The notes beneath the pieces were generated by a model. That model saw only the letters and a program-made list of their open reading frames with translations. It had not been told where the DNA came from and made no database searches. A program made the translations under genes and the position numbers. Positions 1 through 12,039 of a stretch of DNA of 64,000 nt are shown here, piece after piece (positions within the stretch are counted from its first letter, which is position 1; every line of letters starts with the position of its first letter). The DNA lies in NCBI GenBank assembly GCA_965178125.1, contig OZ237735.1:1178001-1242000 (forward strand), read 5' to 3'. The stretch is from Bilabrum cf. latius. Its lineage: Eukaryota.

Positions 1-3000
1 GCACACATAGGGATATAGCTCGCAACTCGCGAGAATTTACATCTGCAGTCAACATACTACTGCATACCTGGTGCAATAGCTGGCCTGCACAATCAACGAC
101 ATCTGTAACGAGCTGATCCGCGTGGGAAGGCTAGCAGAGCCGCTCCCGCCAGTGCAAAAGACCCGTCGGATTTTCGCAAGCAGCTGCCGCGCCTCCAGTC
201 GCCTACTCGCTCTTATCAACTCCAGGGTGTAGCCCCTCGCGATCAATTGGGCTGAATAAAGCATTATGAAATGAACTTGCAGAATCTTCAAGAAGCTCGG
301 CCGCTTGACGATCAAGACCGCATTCCACCTCGAGCTCTTCCGCCTAGACAGAAGCTACAATTGACGCTACCCAGTGCTCCAACCCTCTCGCAGATACTAC
401 AGCTAACGCAGAAGAGCTCCGATCGTCATCGGAAGCCCAAGCCCCACGGAGAAAGTCGCGAAGTGAGCAGCCTGATCGAGACGTTCCACTTGGCTCGCTG
501 CACACGGTCCTCAGCATCGATACCATTTTTGCAGGCACCAAATCAAGAAGGCACTTGAAGAGAGACGTATCGTCCACAGTATCATGGGACTTACAAACAG
601 TGCAGATGGCTGCACAAAACCCATCATTTGATCTGAAGGCATCGTCGAAGGACTTGATATGAGGGCACCCGAGCCAAAATGCTGCCTCTGTTATTTCGCC
701 TGCCGTGGGTGGCACTGCTGGATCTGAAACAGAGTCCTTATTGCCCATCGTGTCGATGTGAGTCATTTCGTATTCCAAACTCATCGAGACTAGCCTTGAA
801 TTCGACGATATTCTCAAGTCTTTGAGCAGAACGTTGTCGATGTCTGTGCACCTGCGGTCATCGAGCAGCAAGACGACGCTATCAACATCACTCACACTCA
901 GAGCAGTAAACATGGAGCGCTTCAAGTCACCAATGCGCGTATTTTCTCCAATCTTGACCTCAACCATTGCCTAATGCTGCGCCTGCAAATCGCCGTACTA
1001 ACCGCGTAGGCCATGGAACAAGTCCATGACCAGGATACTAAGGTTGTGAGGCAATACATGGGAGGGCTCCGCAGTCTCAGGGCTACTGGGTGCCTTGATA
1101 TGCTTAAATCTATCGAGCGCGCGAGACAATGACTGCTTCCTCTTGTTGACCGCCTCTGCCACTCGCTCTTGCCATGCCTTCGACCTATCGATTGCCATGC
1201 ACAGCATTGTCTCCACCTGCCGCCGAGGTTCCTGCGCCTACCCAGAGGCACCGCCAGCAATGGGCCCAGAATGGTTAACACTGAAATTCGTGCAAGCATG
1301 TAGGAATGCCAAGGCTTGGCAGCTTGATGACTTCACCATATCCTTGATTCGATCTACCTGTGCTGCTGCGGTAGCTCTACCGCCTGCAGTTGAGCCTAGT
1401 CGGCGAACGTTGCGCAAACCGTCGAAACATTGAACAAACATGTCGGTGAGAATGGCGTTGAGATGCGGCACATCGTGCTTCCACAGCTCTGAGGCTCCCC
1501 ATAACTCAGATGGATCGCAGAGTACCAATATCCCAGGGCCAAGACCAAGCGGCTTGCTTCCGGCTGGACCTAGCAGCCGCCTGAACTCACCAATAACACT
1601 TCCGTCATAATCCTACGTTTTCATCCACAAGGAGGCTGTAGGCTTTTCCGCGTTGTCTGGCATAGACGCCATTCTAGACGTTCTAAAGTTCACCGAACGG
1701 ATTAGAAACCCGGCGAATTCCGCCGCTGCTGCTGACCTGTCGCAAAATTCAGACCGCTCAGCGCATCTGGGTCGAGTCTTGCTGATACTGCACAGCGAAC
1801 AAGAGCCAGCAAGCAACGCACTCAGCCAATCTTCCGATATCAGTGGTTTCGGTGCCTCAGCAGCATCACTGTGACTACCCCCAGCGGAGCCGTCCAGTGG
1901 GGCCTGCGACTGTGTCAGGTATTCAACGAGACTAAGACTGGGCTACCCAACCAACATCTTGATCCAGTGGAAGAACATGACTGTATCTTCTGAACATGCA
2001 GCATTCACAACGAGGTCCTCCCAAAGAGAGCACAAGATTTGTGGTATTGCATCACCGTTCGAGTCTAGAGCTGCACCACGCCTCAAGCCCGAAGCGATGA
2101 TACACTTGCCAAGCAAGCGAAGTAGCCGAAGAAGCACACCTTCGTGAGTAAAACGCGTCGCAACATCGCGATCAGCAACCTACATCCCAAGCCTCGAAAC
2201 TAGATAGGCTAGTGATGTAGACTACAGGCCTCTGTCGGCAGGTCCTGGTGCGGTTCCACTCGGGATCAGCGGAGGTGGTGCAGACAATCCGTAAGTCTCT
2301 TCAATGATCTAGTCCCTTTCAGCAGGCTTCATTGCTAGCAGCTTGCCAGAGACCATGCGCCACACAGCTTGCCTTGCGGACTGCATGTAAGAGCTGACGG
2401 CTCGCACCAACGACTGCACAACCGGTGGGGCAGCCTCTTCTGCGTCGTGTGCTACGTGCACTGGTATCGGCACAGGCCTCCACGATCTGCAGAGCCATCG
2501 GTACGCCTCGACTTCCTGCAAACCGCGCAAGTTTTCGTCTTCTTCGAGTCGCTACCTTCTGAGTTCATCTGCGCCCTCGGCCGCATCTGCAAGAGCCCGC
2601 CCTTCCAAATCAAGCGCAGCACACCGGTCACGGTCAAACGCTTTGTGCTTGTCCTCCGCCTCAAGCTCGAGCACCATCGCAGCATTTGCCATATCTTCAG
2701 TCTCTTCTTCATCCATCTACAAGAGATGGTCCACGACGAAGCTGGCCTGCACTAACGAGTCCCCAGCAGCGATGCGATCCACGAAAGCCCTGACGATGCT
2801 ACCTCGGAGCATCCACCCTACAGCTGTCGACCGTACTCCAGAAATCAGCTTTAAGGCGACATACTCCAGCATTTTGACCGTTGGTGTCTCAAACTGCTTC
2901 GGAAATGACAGCACCGCTAACCCGACAAACTCTTCCGGAATTCCGGCAGAGGCGAGAGCCTCCCGGGATGCTCCCGAGGGCAGCCGTACGTTTGGGCGGG

Positions 3001-5465
3001 ACCCACATGGGTCGTACAGCAGCGGGAGAACCATTGCCAGAACCTTCGAAAGGCTTTCAAGCTCAAAGTTTTCCGCGGCATGCGTGGCAGCTCTCTGTAA
3101 GCATGCCACCAGCACATCTGCGGCTTCTCCCGACAGACCGGCACTGCGCTGGCGCGCCTTGCCCGACGACCCCGAGTTTGTAATAGCCGCGAGTGCAGAC
3201 TGCGTAGACTCGAAGCTAAGCCCAGCTGAGACAGCTTCTTTGATGCAAGAGAGGGCAGCCACACGAATCACGGCCCCACCTGTAGTGGCAAGAGCAACGA
3301 CCTGATCGACCCAGCCAACGCTCGACGCCTCTGTGTCTTCCGCGTCGGTGTTGTCTACACACACGAGGACAGGACCCAACAGGCACAGGAGCTCATTGTG
3401 GGGCCTCGACACAAACCACTGTCGCAAAATGCCGCTCTCATGCAGTTCGGCTCGGATCCGATCCGGCATGAGGTGCAGCGTTCGCTTGTGCGATGTCAAG
3501 GGGACACGGTCGCTTGCCCGACGCGGCTTGCGTATCGACTCCTGGTCCTCCTTTACAACTTCGTCGGGCGCCATCTCAGCTAGAGACTCTTTGCGCTGCA
3601 GCGACATTCTACAGAGCTGCTGGATCATGTTCACGCCCCAAACTCTTGACTTCAGATCGCCCTGCATTGCAGCACTCAGGGCCACGCGCAGGCCAGCACC
3701 TTCAATGATGTCGCCAAGCTCCGCTGGATCCGAGTGCGGCAGCAACATGCCATTCAGTTGCTCCAGGCAGCCCATGCACTCAGAATGTGTTCCTGCGAGC
3801 ATGCTGAGTGGAGCCGACCGCAAAAGCCTCCGGAACTCGTGCGCAAGAGGTAACACTGCATTGCGGACCGTGTGATCTGTCCACATGTCCTTCCACACAA
3901 AAAGCGACCGGATTGCAGTACGCACCGCGGCGATGCACGGCTACAATCCCCCAACCAGCGAGTCATCCTCAAGCTACTCGTCCGCTGGGTTGCTACCTGC
4001 TCGGCTGCTGCCGGCACCGCTAGCAGGACCAGTGCCGCCCGGCGGCGATGGTGGCTGTGCTGGCTGCGCGCAAGATGCAGCGGCACTCGAAGCAAGCCCG
4101 TGCTGGGCCTTGCCATTAGGCCCACTTGAAGCCATCTCGTCGTCTCTGCTCCCAGCAAGTGAGTCAGAGAGGGCCACGCTTCCTGTCCCCTTGGATTCTT
4201 CGAGCACACCGCTTTCAGGCTGTATTACATGAAACGAGGGTGCAGCCAGGCGCGAGCACTGATCCGCCATAGACCCAACGAGCCGAGCGATCTCCACGAA
4301 AGTGTTGCCGTCCCCAAGCCCATTGGCGATAGAAACCCGTACTGCAGACGAAAGTTTCTCTTGCTTGATGCTGCGGGAGGCCCACTCTCCGGCTTGAGCG
4401 GCCAGGATGGCCCTCACTTGCGCTTTCTGCTCTTCAAGCACGTGCTGCAGGCGAGCCCCATACTCTTGCATGGCAGCTTGCGAGTACGCTGGGAGTCCCT
4501 ACTGCTGTCTCTCCTACACGGCAGCACTCATCATTTTGTTCAGAACCGCCTGCTGCGCCGCGGGGTCGTCAAGCATAGGACCCACAGTTGTCACCAGCTT
4601 CGACTGGTCTGCAGTTGGAACGCCAGCAGATCCGAGTGAGCCCCCACGCCCTGAAACATCTTGAAGCGCTGTGGAGCTGCGAATATAGGCTAAATCAACA
4701 TATTTCGAGCACGAGCATGTTAAATGCATTCGTTCACGTGCCTGCAAACTCCGAAGCGCGACGTCAAAGCGAGTGGTGGTCGGGGCTCACACTATGTCGG
4801 CGCCAACTCTGAGAATCCTGGCATTCCCATGAAGATGCTCTAATACTGTAATGGTATTGGCGGTTCCCTTTGCTTTGGTACCTTTCATTCCCTCTGCATC
4901 TGCTGTAGCAGGGCGGGCATGCGCATCGCTGCAACCCATCAACTTCATCTGCGACCCTATTAGATACTTCCTAAGTTTGTCGCACACAAGCGGCTAGACA
5001 GCAGCTATGGATACAGCCTCTAACGCCGTTGCAAGCGCCCCATTAATCTGCATGAGGGCTGCAGGACTTGCTTGCACTTGCTTGTCGAGGAGCCCTCGGA
5101 GTATTGCTCGGTGGACTGCCGGCCACGATCCGACCCATCCTGCGCTAATGTTTCGGTAATTTTTGAATGGAACTGGTGCGAAGAAGAATGACGAGGTGAA
5201 CGCCGACCGTATCGCAGCCGCACTTACTCGAGAATCGACGTGCTGCAGGCAATGCATCATCTCCTAGGCATTCAATTGAGTCCTTTGCATATGAGATCAA
5301 ATAACCCGATAACTCTAGGGGCGCCTGGCATGTCAAAATGCAGTCGCCTATCTCCTCAGGTACGCGATCTTGCTGCTCGTTCCGTCTCGATGAATCTGGC
5401 TGATCGACGGATACATCCGGAAGCAACAATGATTCTATCTTCTAGATTTCAGGTATATCTTGCAT
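1..5465 (-). CDS. Large protein, possibly the N-terminal part of a USP9/24/34-like deubiquitinase (runs off the window's left edge)
   Basis: ORFs 344-967, 998-1216, 1238-1528, 1613-1816, 1943-2137, 2309-2530, 2717-3925, 3974-4471, 4514-4747 and 4994-5260 share one frame and each ends at TAG. The in-frame TGA at 4787 falls in a frame-preserving GT..AG intron (4677-4790). A ubiquitin-like segment is present (VEVKIGENTRIGDLKRSMF). The start and first exon (5290-5465) are uncertain and no catalytic Cys box is visible, so the family call is weak. Confidence 0.5.
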
Positions 5466-5644
5466 GAAAAGAAGGAAAGATCGAAACGAATGAAGCAGAC
5501 CTCTGGATGGCTTCTTCTGGGACCTTGACAATATGCCTGTCCAGAGATGGGGAAGATAGTTCCGCAACAAATGCGCGGCGCCGCGGCGCAGTGATTGTGG
5601 CGTCGATACATCTTGTCGGGTTCTACAGCTCCCTTGCGAGAGCT

Positions 5645-8600
5645 ATGGCTGCATGGGGCGACCATAACGTCTACACAAAGCTGTCTTTTTGCGTAAGCCT
5701 TTGCTTTTTATCACTGGTCGCAATGCTTGCGCGCGACGCAAATCCATGGGCCAGCATTCCGACCTCCAGAATCTTGTGCGTCCGCAGGTAAAAGCTCGAT
5801 CGCGGTAGGGCGAAACAGTTGCTTTGTGTGGAAACACACCTGCTCTCGGCGACTACGATGCGGAGCAGGCTGTCCAACTCTACACCACTCCAGAAGACTA
5901 CCCTGTGTGGAAAACACTGCGTCCTGTTGTTGTACCTCGTGGAACAGCAATACGTTACAAGTACATTATTATGTCTGGTGGTCGTCCATCTTACTGGGAA
6001 GGAATTGAAGGGGAGCGAACGGTGGTACCAACGTCTTCACGGATGACCATTGAGGATACCTTTGGCCGGCACGACGACGGTGATGATGACGAAGTCGAGC
6101 AGAGAGCCCCCATCCATTTGTCATCTGGTGCTACTGCAAAGCCTTCGGTTGGCTGGGCAGCGCAGTCTTCTAGCGGCAGACCTGCTGTGACAACCACAAC
6201 TCACGAGCAAGCAGCCCCACAGGCCGAAGGTGCATCACCATGGGCTGCAGCAGGACACTTGCAGCCACAACTTCAGCCATCCTTGGAGCAAACACCAAGT
6301 CCCATGCATGGTGGCAGCCCTGTGGATCGATCAGACGGGGTCGTAGGCCTTCCAGCATCCTTCATGCAGTCGCTCGGAGACATTGGGACGATCGATGCCA
6401 TCCCCGGCGTGGGAGCCACACAGGCCGCGGCTAGTGAGCCAGTGGACGGTACAAGGGGTCACACAGAGCGCAGTATCGAGGATGCAAGTGGCGGCGCCTT
6501 GGGTGCAGGCAGGACACTCGGTAGTCCGCCACACCAGGGAAGCACTGGGGCCGAGGCGGCGGCTGGGTCCAGCCACACTACCCCGGGTCAGACCGCCATT
6601 TCCGGCTCTAGCCATGCAGCGTAGGACCAAGAGCAGGATCCCTAGCCTGCTTTAGACAGGAGTTCTCCGGCGGTAGGACCTCGGGACGGCTCGGCACCCG
6701 CTTCTGACCCGGCCTTCTCCAGCACCCCGCAGCGGTCGAGGGAAGCGGCGTCGACAAGCCGGGACACCGACCCGGAGCCGCACCAAGCAGTGTCCAACGC
6801 AGAGCAGAGTGGATTTGATCAGTCTCCCCCGGGCGCATCAACCCTGGCAGTATCCGCCGGCGGTAATGCCGCAGGGGGCGAGCGGACTGACGCCCCCGTC
6901 TCTACCGCGCAAGCTTCTCCCGCTGCAAAAGCCATGCTTGAGGAACCCGCTGAGAGCCAGAAGAGCAAGATTCGCCGGCTCATGAGGGGCCGCAAAATGA
7001 TATGCGTCACGTACCACCTGCCGGTCATCCTGAGGCGAGCAGCAGGAGGGGTGGGGCAATGGACTGCTCAGTGGGACCCTGACAGCTTCCTGGCTCGAAG
7101 CGATGAATCGCTCGCGGACGACACTGACATGCACTGGGTCGGAGTGGTCACTCGAGAGTGCATGGATCGCGTCACTGCGCGAGAGTAGGCGCGGCTGCGA
7201 AGGCACAGCGTGTCGTCTCACGGCTCGAGCGCAGTGGGGGCTGCGATGGACGCTGCCGTGGACTTGACGGCCGCAGACGGTGGACCCAAGCTGCTTCCCA
7301 CCGTGTCTGAGGATCGGCAGGGCCGGAATCGCTCGCTGTCGCAGACAATGTCAGAGTGCAGTGACGACGGCGAGGGCCCCCCTGACCGCTGGGAGGATGA
7401 AAGCCTGCGACTGAGCCTTGCGGACCGGCGCGGGATCACGAAAGCGCTCAGTGCAATGAAGGTGACCCCGGTGTTCATGGACGATGCTGTGCGCGAAGAG
7501 GCCACCCGCAGAATTGAAGGCAGGCGTATTTTGTAGCGTGGGATTGCCCGGAGCGTGGGAAGCGCGAACGTGGCTGCTGGTGGGTCAGCTGCGGTGCAGC
7601 AGCTCCGCCAGCTGTCCGAAGGACTAATGGGCGGCCCGGTTTCGGTGGGCTGGTCTCCCACCCTAGGGCCGGGCTCTGCTGGCCGCGATACAGGCGGGGA
7701 CTTGGACGGGGGTCCGTTGCCTGGCGCTGCCGTGAGCTCAGCCGCAGACCTGGAGGCAGCTGCAGGTCGCAGCCTCAGTCAGGACCTCTTCGGAGGCCGA
7801 GGGTCTGTATGTGGTAGCGAGGGGGAAGGCAGATACTCTCGTGAGGACGGTGCGCAACGAGCAGGCCAAGCAGATCCCGTAGCCATGGCACGAGCAGTCA
7901 TGGGTGTAGCGCCGTTTGCGGATGGAGATCACGGCGGGTTCTTCGACGACGGCGACTACGATGAGTCCGCTGGAGAGGAAGATGACGACGAGGGGGAAGA
8001 AGGAGGAGAGGACCCGAATAGGGAGCGGCCATCAGGTGCCACTGAAGGCGGTACAAGCGGCCACTCGGCCAGCGTGGCGGCTCACCCCGTTTCTGCCCCT
8101 GCGTCCGACATAGTGTCTGGCTCTGACAGTGGCGTGGAAGCTCCAAGCAGGGCGCCCAGGGCGATGCGGGCGGCAGACCGCCTGTTCAAGCTCTTCAATT
8201 CCTTCTGCGCCACGGTGCTGCGGCCTGCGCTGCACAATATTTTGGACACGGGAGACGACTTTGTCTTTGCCGACGACGCACAGGCGTCGCTCGGCAGCCC
8301 AACCGCCGCGTAGCGGGCACTCAAGACCCTGGATCCTCCTGACAGCGAGTCGAAGATGATTTGGGGCGGGCCGTTTCACCCGGACGCAGAAATTGCGGGC
8401 GATACAGACCCTTTCTCAAGTTCTAGCCACGTGGCAGTTGCGCGTCGTGGATGGCGCGCCTACGTTCGTGTGAACGAGCACGTCGCCAAGGTAGTCCGCG
8501 GGATCGCGCGGTCCGAGGACGTGGTGTGGACACACGACCACCACCTCTGCCTGGTGCCTGCCATGCTCCGCAGGCTGTTCCGGGCGGCTCCATCCCTGAT

Positions 8601-11600
8601 TTACTTTATGCACTAGCCCTTCCCTACTTCTGAGATTTTCAGAACGCTGGCGGCTAGAGAGAGGCTGCTGAGGGGAATGCTCTCTGCAGACATCGTTGGG
8701 TTTCACGCGTTCAATCACGCGAGGCACTTTCTGCACGCATGCAAGCGCACGCTCGGCGTGTCTTTTTCCTCTAGGACTGGAGGTCGCATCGGTATCGACT
8801 GGGACAGCAAGGACATCATGCTCGCTATTTCGCACGTTGGTGTAGATGCCGGCAGGCTCAACAGCCACATGCGCGACCCCGACACAGCTGCCTTTGCAAA
8901 CGAGCTGAGGAAGCGGCACAAGCGTCGAATCGTAATCGGAGGGTTTGATTCTTGCTAGCGACTGTCTGGAGTGGCCTTGAAACTGCTAGCCTTCGAGAGG
9001 CTGCTTGAAGACAACTCCGTGTACCGCCACAAGGTGGTTCTAGTGTAGCGGTGCGAGCTGCAGCACTCTCGCGGTGCTGACTACAGGCGCACTTCCCAAG
9101 AGCTCAAGTATCTAGTGGAGCGCATCAAGTCTAAGTTTGGGCCTGACGTCATTGACTACCAGGAAGCCGTCTCCTACTCTACGACGTTTCGGGTAGCCCT
9201 CTACTACTGCTCGGATGTGCTTGCGCAAGTGCCAGTGCGTGAAGGCATTAACCTGCTGCCTCTCGAGTACGTGTACTGCAGGACACGATGGCAGAACGAA
9301 CGAGAGGAGCTGGACAGAGCAGCGGTACAGGCCTCGGCTGCACAACACCCTCGCCGGCGGAGATCAAGCGAGGGAACAAGAGCATCAGATGCATTCCGGC
9401 GGTCCGGCAGCTCGCCGCACCTTGGCTCTGGTTTTCAGCCGTCCGCTGGTTTGGTTGGACTCCATAAAAGCCGCCCCGGCCCTCGGATCGGGCGCTAGGC
9501 CTGGTCTACACGCGGTCGTCGGGGTGGGGATTTCCCTCGGTCGTTCCTTGAGTCTGGCGGCATTAAAGAGGAGGATGACGAGGATGAGGAAGACGAGCCC
9601 GCTCGGTCCCCTCAAAGCAGCTAGAGAGTCTTTGGATCCACGGCTACTGGCTCTGGGGTGGCTGTATCTGGCTCCCACGCGTCGCTTGCTTCCCAGCAGG
9701 AGGCCCAGCGGTAGCAGAGCAACGGCTCTGTAGCGTCCACCCCCGTACTGCATGGGCAGTCAGTTGGCTCCACCCATGCTGTTGGAGCAGTCGGTGGCAG
9801 TGGCAGCCCAAAGCAGGCCTTTGCTGGCATGCAACCGTTCTCGCTGGACGATGTGTCACAGGGCGAATCGTTGCAGCAGCCTTCTTTTCCTTAGATGCTG
9901 CCCGACCAGCCATACGGAGAGGACGGTGGCTCTGGGGACGCCATGGATGATTCGTTTGAATCAGAAGCTGACCAGGGTCCGGTAGAGACCAGCGATGATG
10001 TCGGGGACATGGGCGACATGATGCAACGATCGGCATCCTTGCCGGACTTGCTCGATGCACAGATCAGCTCGGAGCCGCTTGAGCTGACTGCGCCGCTCCC
10101 GCCTCCACGGCGTGCCGGCTGCTTGGTGCTGAGCGAGTTCTCTACCGCAAGCCACGTCATCAATGGCAGCATCAAGGTGAACCCATTCAACATTCCAGAA
10201 GTCACGAACGCTTTAGACACGGCCGTGCTGATGCCCGCAAGTGAGCGGGCTACCCGGCAGTGGCGAGATTTCTAGTATGCCATGCAGAATCCTTCCAAGC
10301 AGTGGGCCCGCCAAGTCGTGATCGACGTGATTCAAGACAAGGAGCAGCAAGGTGCAGGGGCGTTCCAAGGCCTGGAGGGCTTCAGCCAGTAGAGTCAGCG
10401 GCGCATCACTGTAGGGAACGACGAGAGCTCCGCTGAGCTGGCCAGGCTTGACGTGCCACGCACTGCGGTGAATCTGCAGAGGTCCCGCCGTCGTGTAATC
10501 CTCGTCGACTACGGTGGCACTCTGGTAGAAAGGGAGGGCATTGGTACCTACATCAAGCACGAGTTCTTCGGCAAGAGCCAGGACAGCAGCACAGCCAACC
10601 AGATGTCTACCATGGAGATTCAGTGCCTCAGATACCTCTCCGACGACCCACACACGATGGTTGTCGTGACTACGGGGCTGAATACCTCACAGAAAGAAAT
10701 TGATCGGCTTCTTGACTTGCAGAACATCACCGTTGTGAGCGAGAAGGGTATGCTCATCACCTGGGGGGCGCGTGCGAGGTACACCCCAGCTGCCCGCAGG
10801 GCAACAATTGCGTATCTGCGCAGCCAAGGCCAGGAGCCGACTCAAGACGACGGCGGGCCGGGCCGTGAAGGAGAAATGGAGGGGCTGGCCCCGCCGCTGG
10901 TGCCGCCTGCCGCATTCTGCGAACCGGGTGAGACTCAAAAGTTCATTGAAGCGGGGAGGGCTTAGACCGTAGCTTCCGGTACTCCTCCTGCGACAGGGGC
11001 TGCGTCTGGACGGTCCGTAAAAGGTGCTGCAAATCGCGCAAGGAGCCAATCCTACGGGAAGCAGCTCAATCCCGGTCCTGAGTCAGCCTCTCCGGGACGA
11101 GAGCGGCGTACTGGTCGTCTTTGGCTCCCGCTGTGGCTTGCAGTCAGAGATCCTACCCCGAGCTAGACCGGTTCAGGGGCTGCATCACCCATGGTTCCAG
11201 GCGTTGCCGGCATCGCAGCGACCGCAGCAGACAAGGCTGCTGTTTCAGGCATGGGTCGAAGGCAGGCAATGCTCGCCCCCGAAAACATGGTGGATTGGAG
11301 AACTCTGGCGAGCCGGGCGAAGGCTGTCATGGATGCTTATATGTGGAGGGTGAACGGCAGCCGAGTGCGGGCGTACCCATACGTTGTCGCGTGGGACTAT
11401 CGTGATGCAGACCCAGAGTGGGCATCTAGCCAAGCCGCCTTCCTTGAGGCAGACCTGCGGGCTGGGCTCAAGTCGCAGAGGGTGGGCATACAGAAGCGTA
11501 GTTCCAGGATCGAGGTGTTCCCGCTTGGGCTTGACAAGGGCGCGATCGTTGATGCCGCCCTCACTGTGTGGCCATGTGCCGACTTCTTCCTTGCAGTTGG

Positions 11601-11955
11601 CGACGACCAAGCCGATGAAGACGTCTTCCGTCGCCTCATGGACGTTTTATCCGAGCAAGATGATGGCGATGACCGCCGCCTTGTGACACCCTCAGCAGGT
11701 CGCAGTGGTACACCCGGGAGTCAGGTCGAGCCACCTGGCATCGTTCCAGCGGGGTAGGAGCAGAAGAAAGCTTCGGGACTGCGGACTCTGTACACTGTGG
11801 CCGTAGGAAGAAAGCGTACTAGCGCAAGGTTCTACGTACAAAGCCCGAGGGAGGTCAACTATGTGGTTCGTGCGTTGGCTGCAGCCCTGCCACAGAGGTA
11901 GATCACACCTTCAGTCCGTGTTGCTGCGCGCGTTGGTGATGCAGTCGAGTCTTGA
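5645..11955 (+). CDS. TPS: CBM20 + trehalose-6-phosphate synthase (GT20) + trehalose phosphatase (HAD) fusion, ~2070 aa
   Basis: Exon 1 is 5645-5692, followed by an intron 5693-5787 (gtaagc...cgcag). One frame then runs 5788-11955 to TGA with 19 in-frame TAG (hand count) and no TAA/TGA. CBM20: FCVKARSR*GETVALCGNTPALG..YPVW..IRYKY. GT20: WTHDHHLCLVP, FMH*PFPTSEIFR, LSADIVGFH, EGINLLPLEY, LVLSEF, VNPFNI. HAD: ILVDYGGTL, DKG, LAVGDDQADEDVF, VGRKRTSARFYV. Confidence 0.93.
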
Positions 11956-12039
11956 TGTATTGCGATACACGTTGAGCTGAATTTAATAGTCTAGCAACAG
12001 TCAGCATTGAAATGTGTCAACGCTTCGCATCAACTTGAG

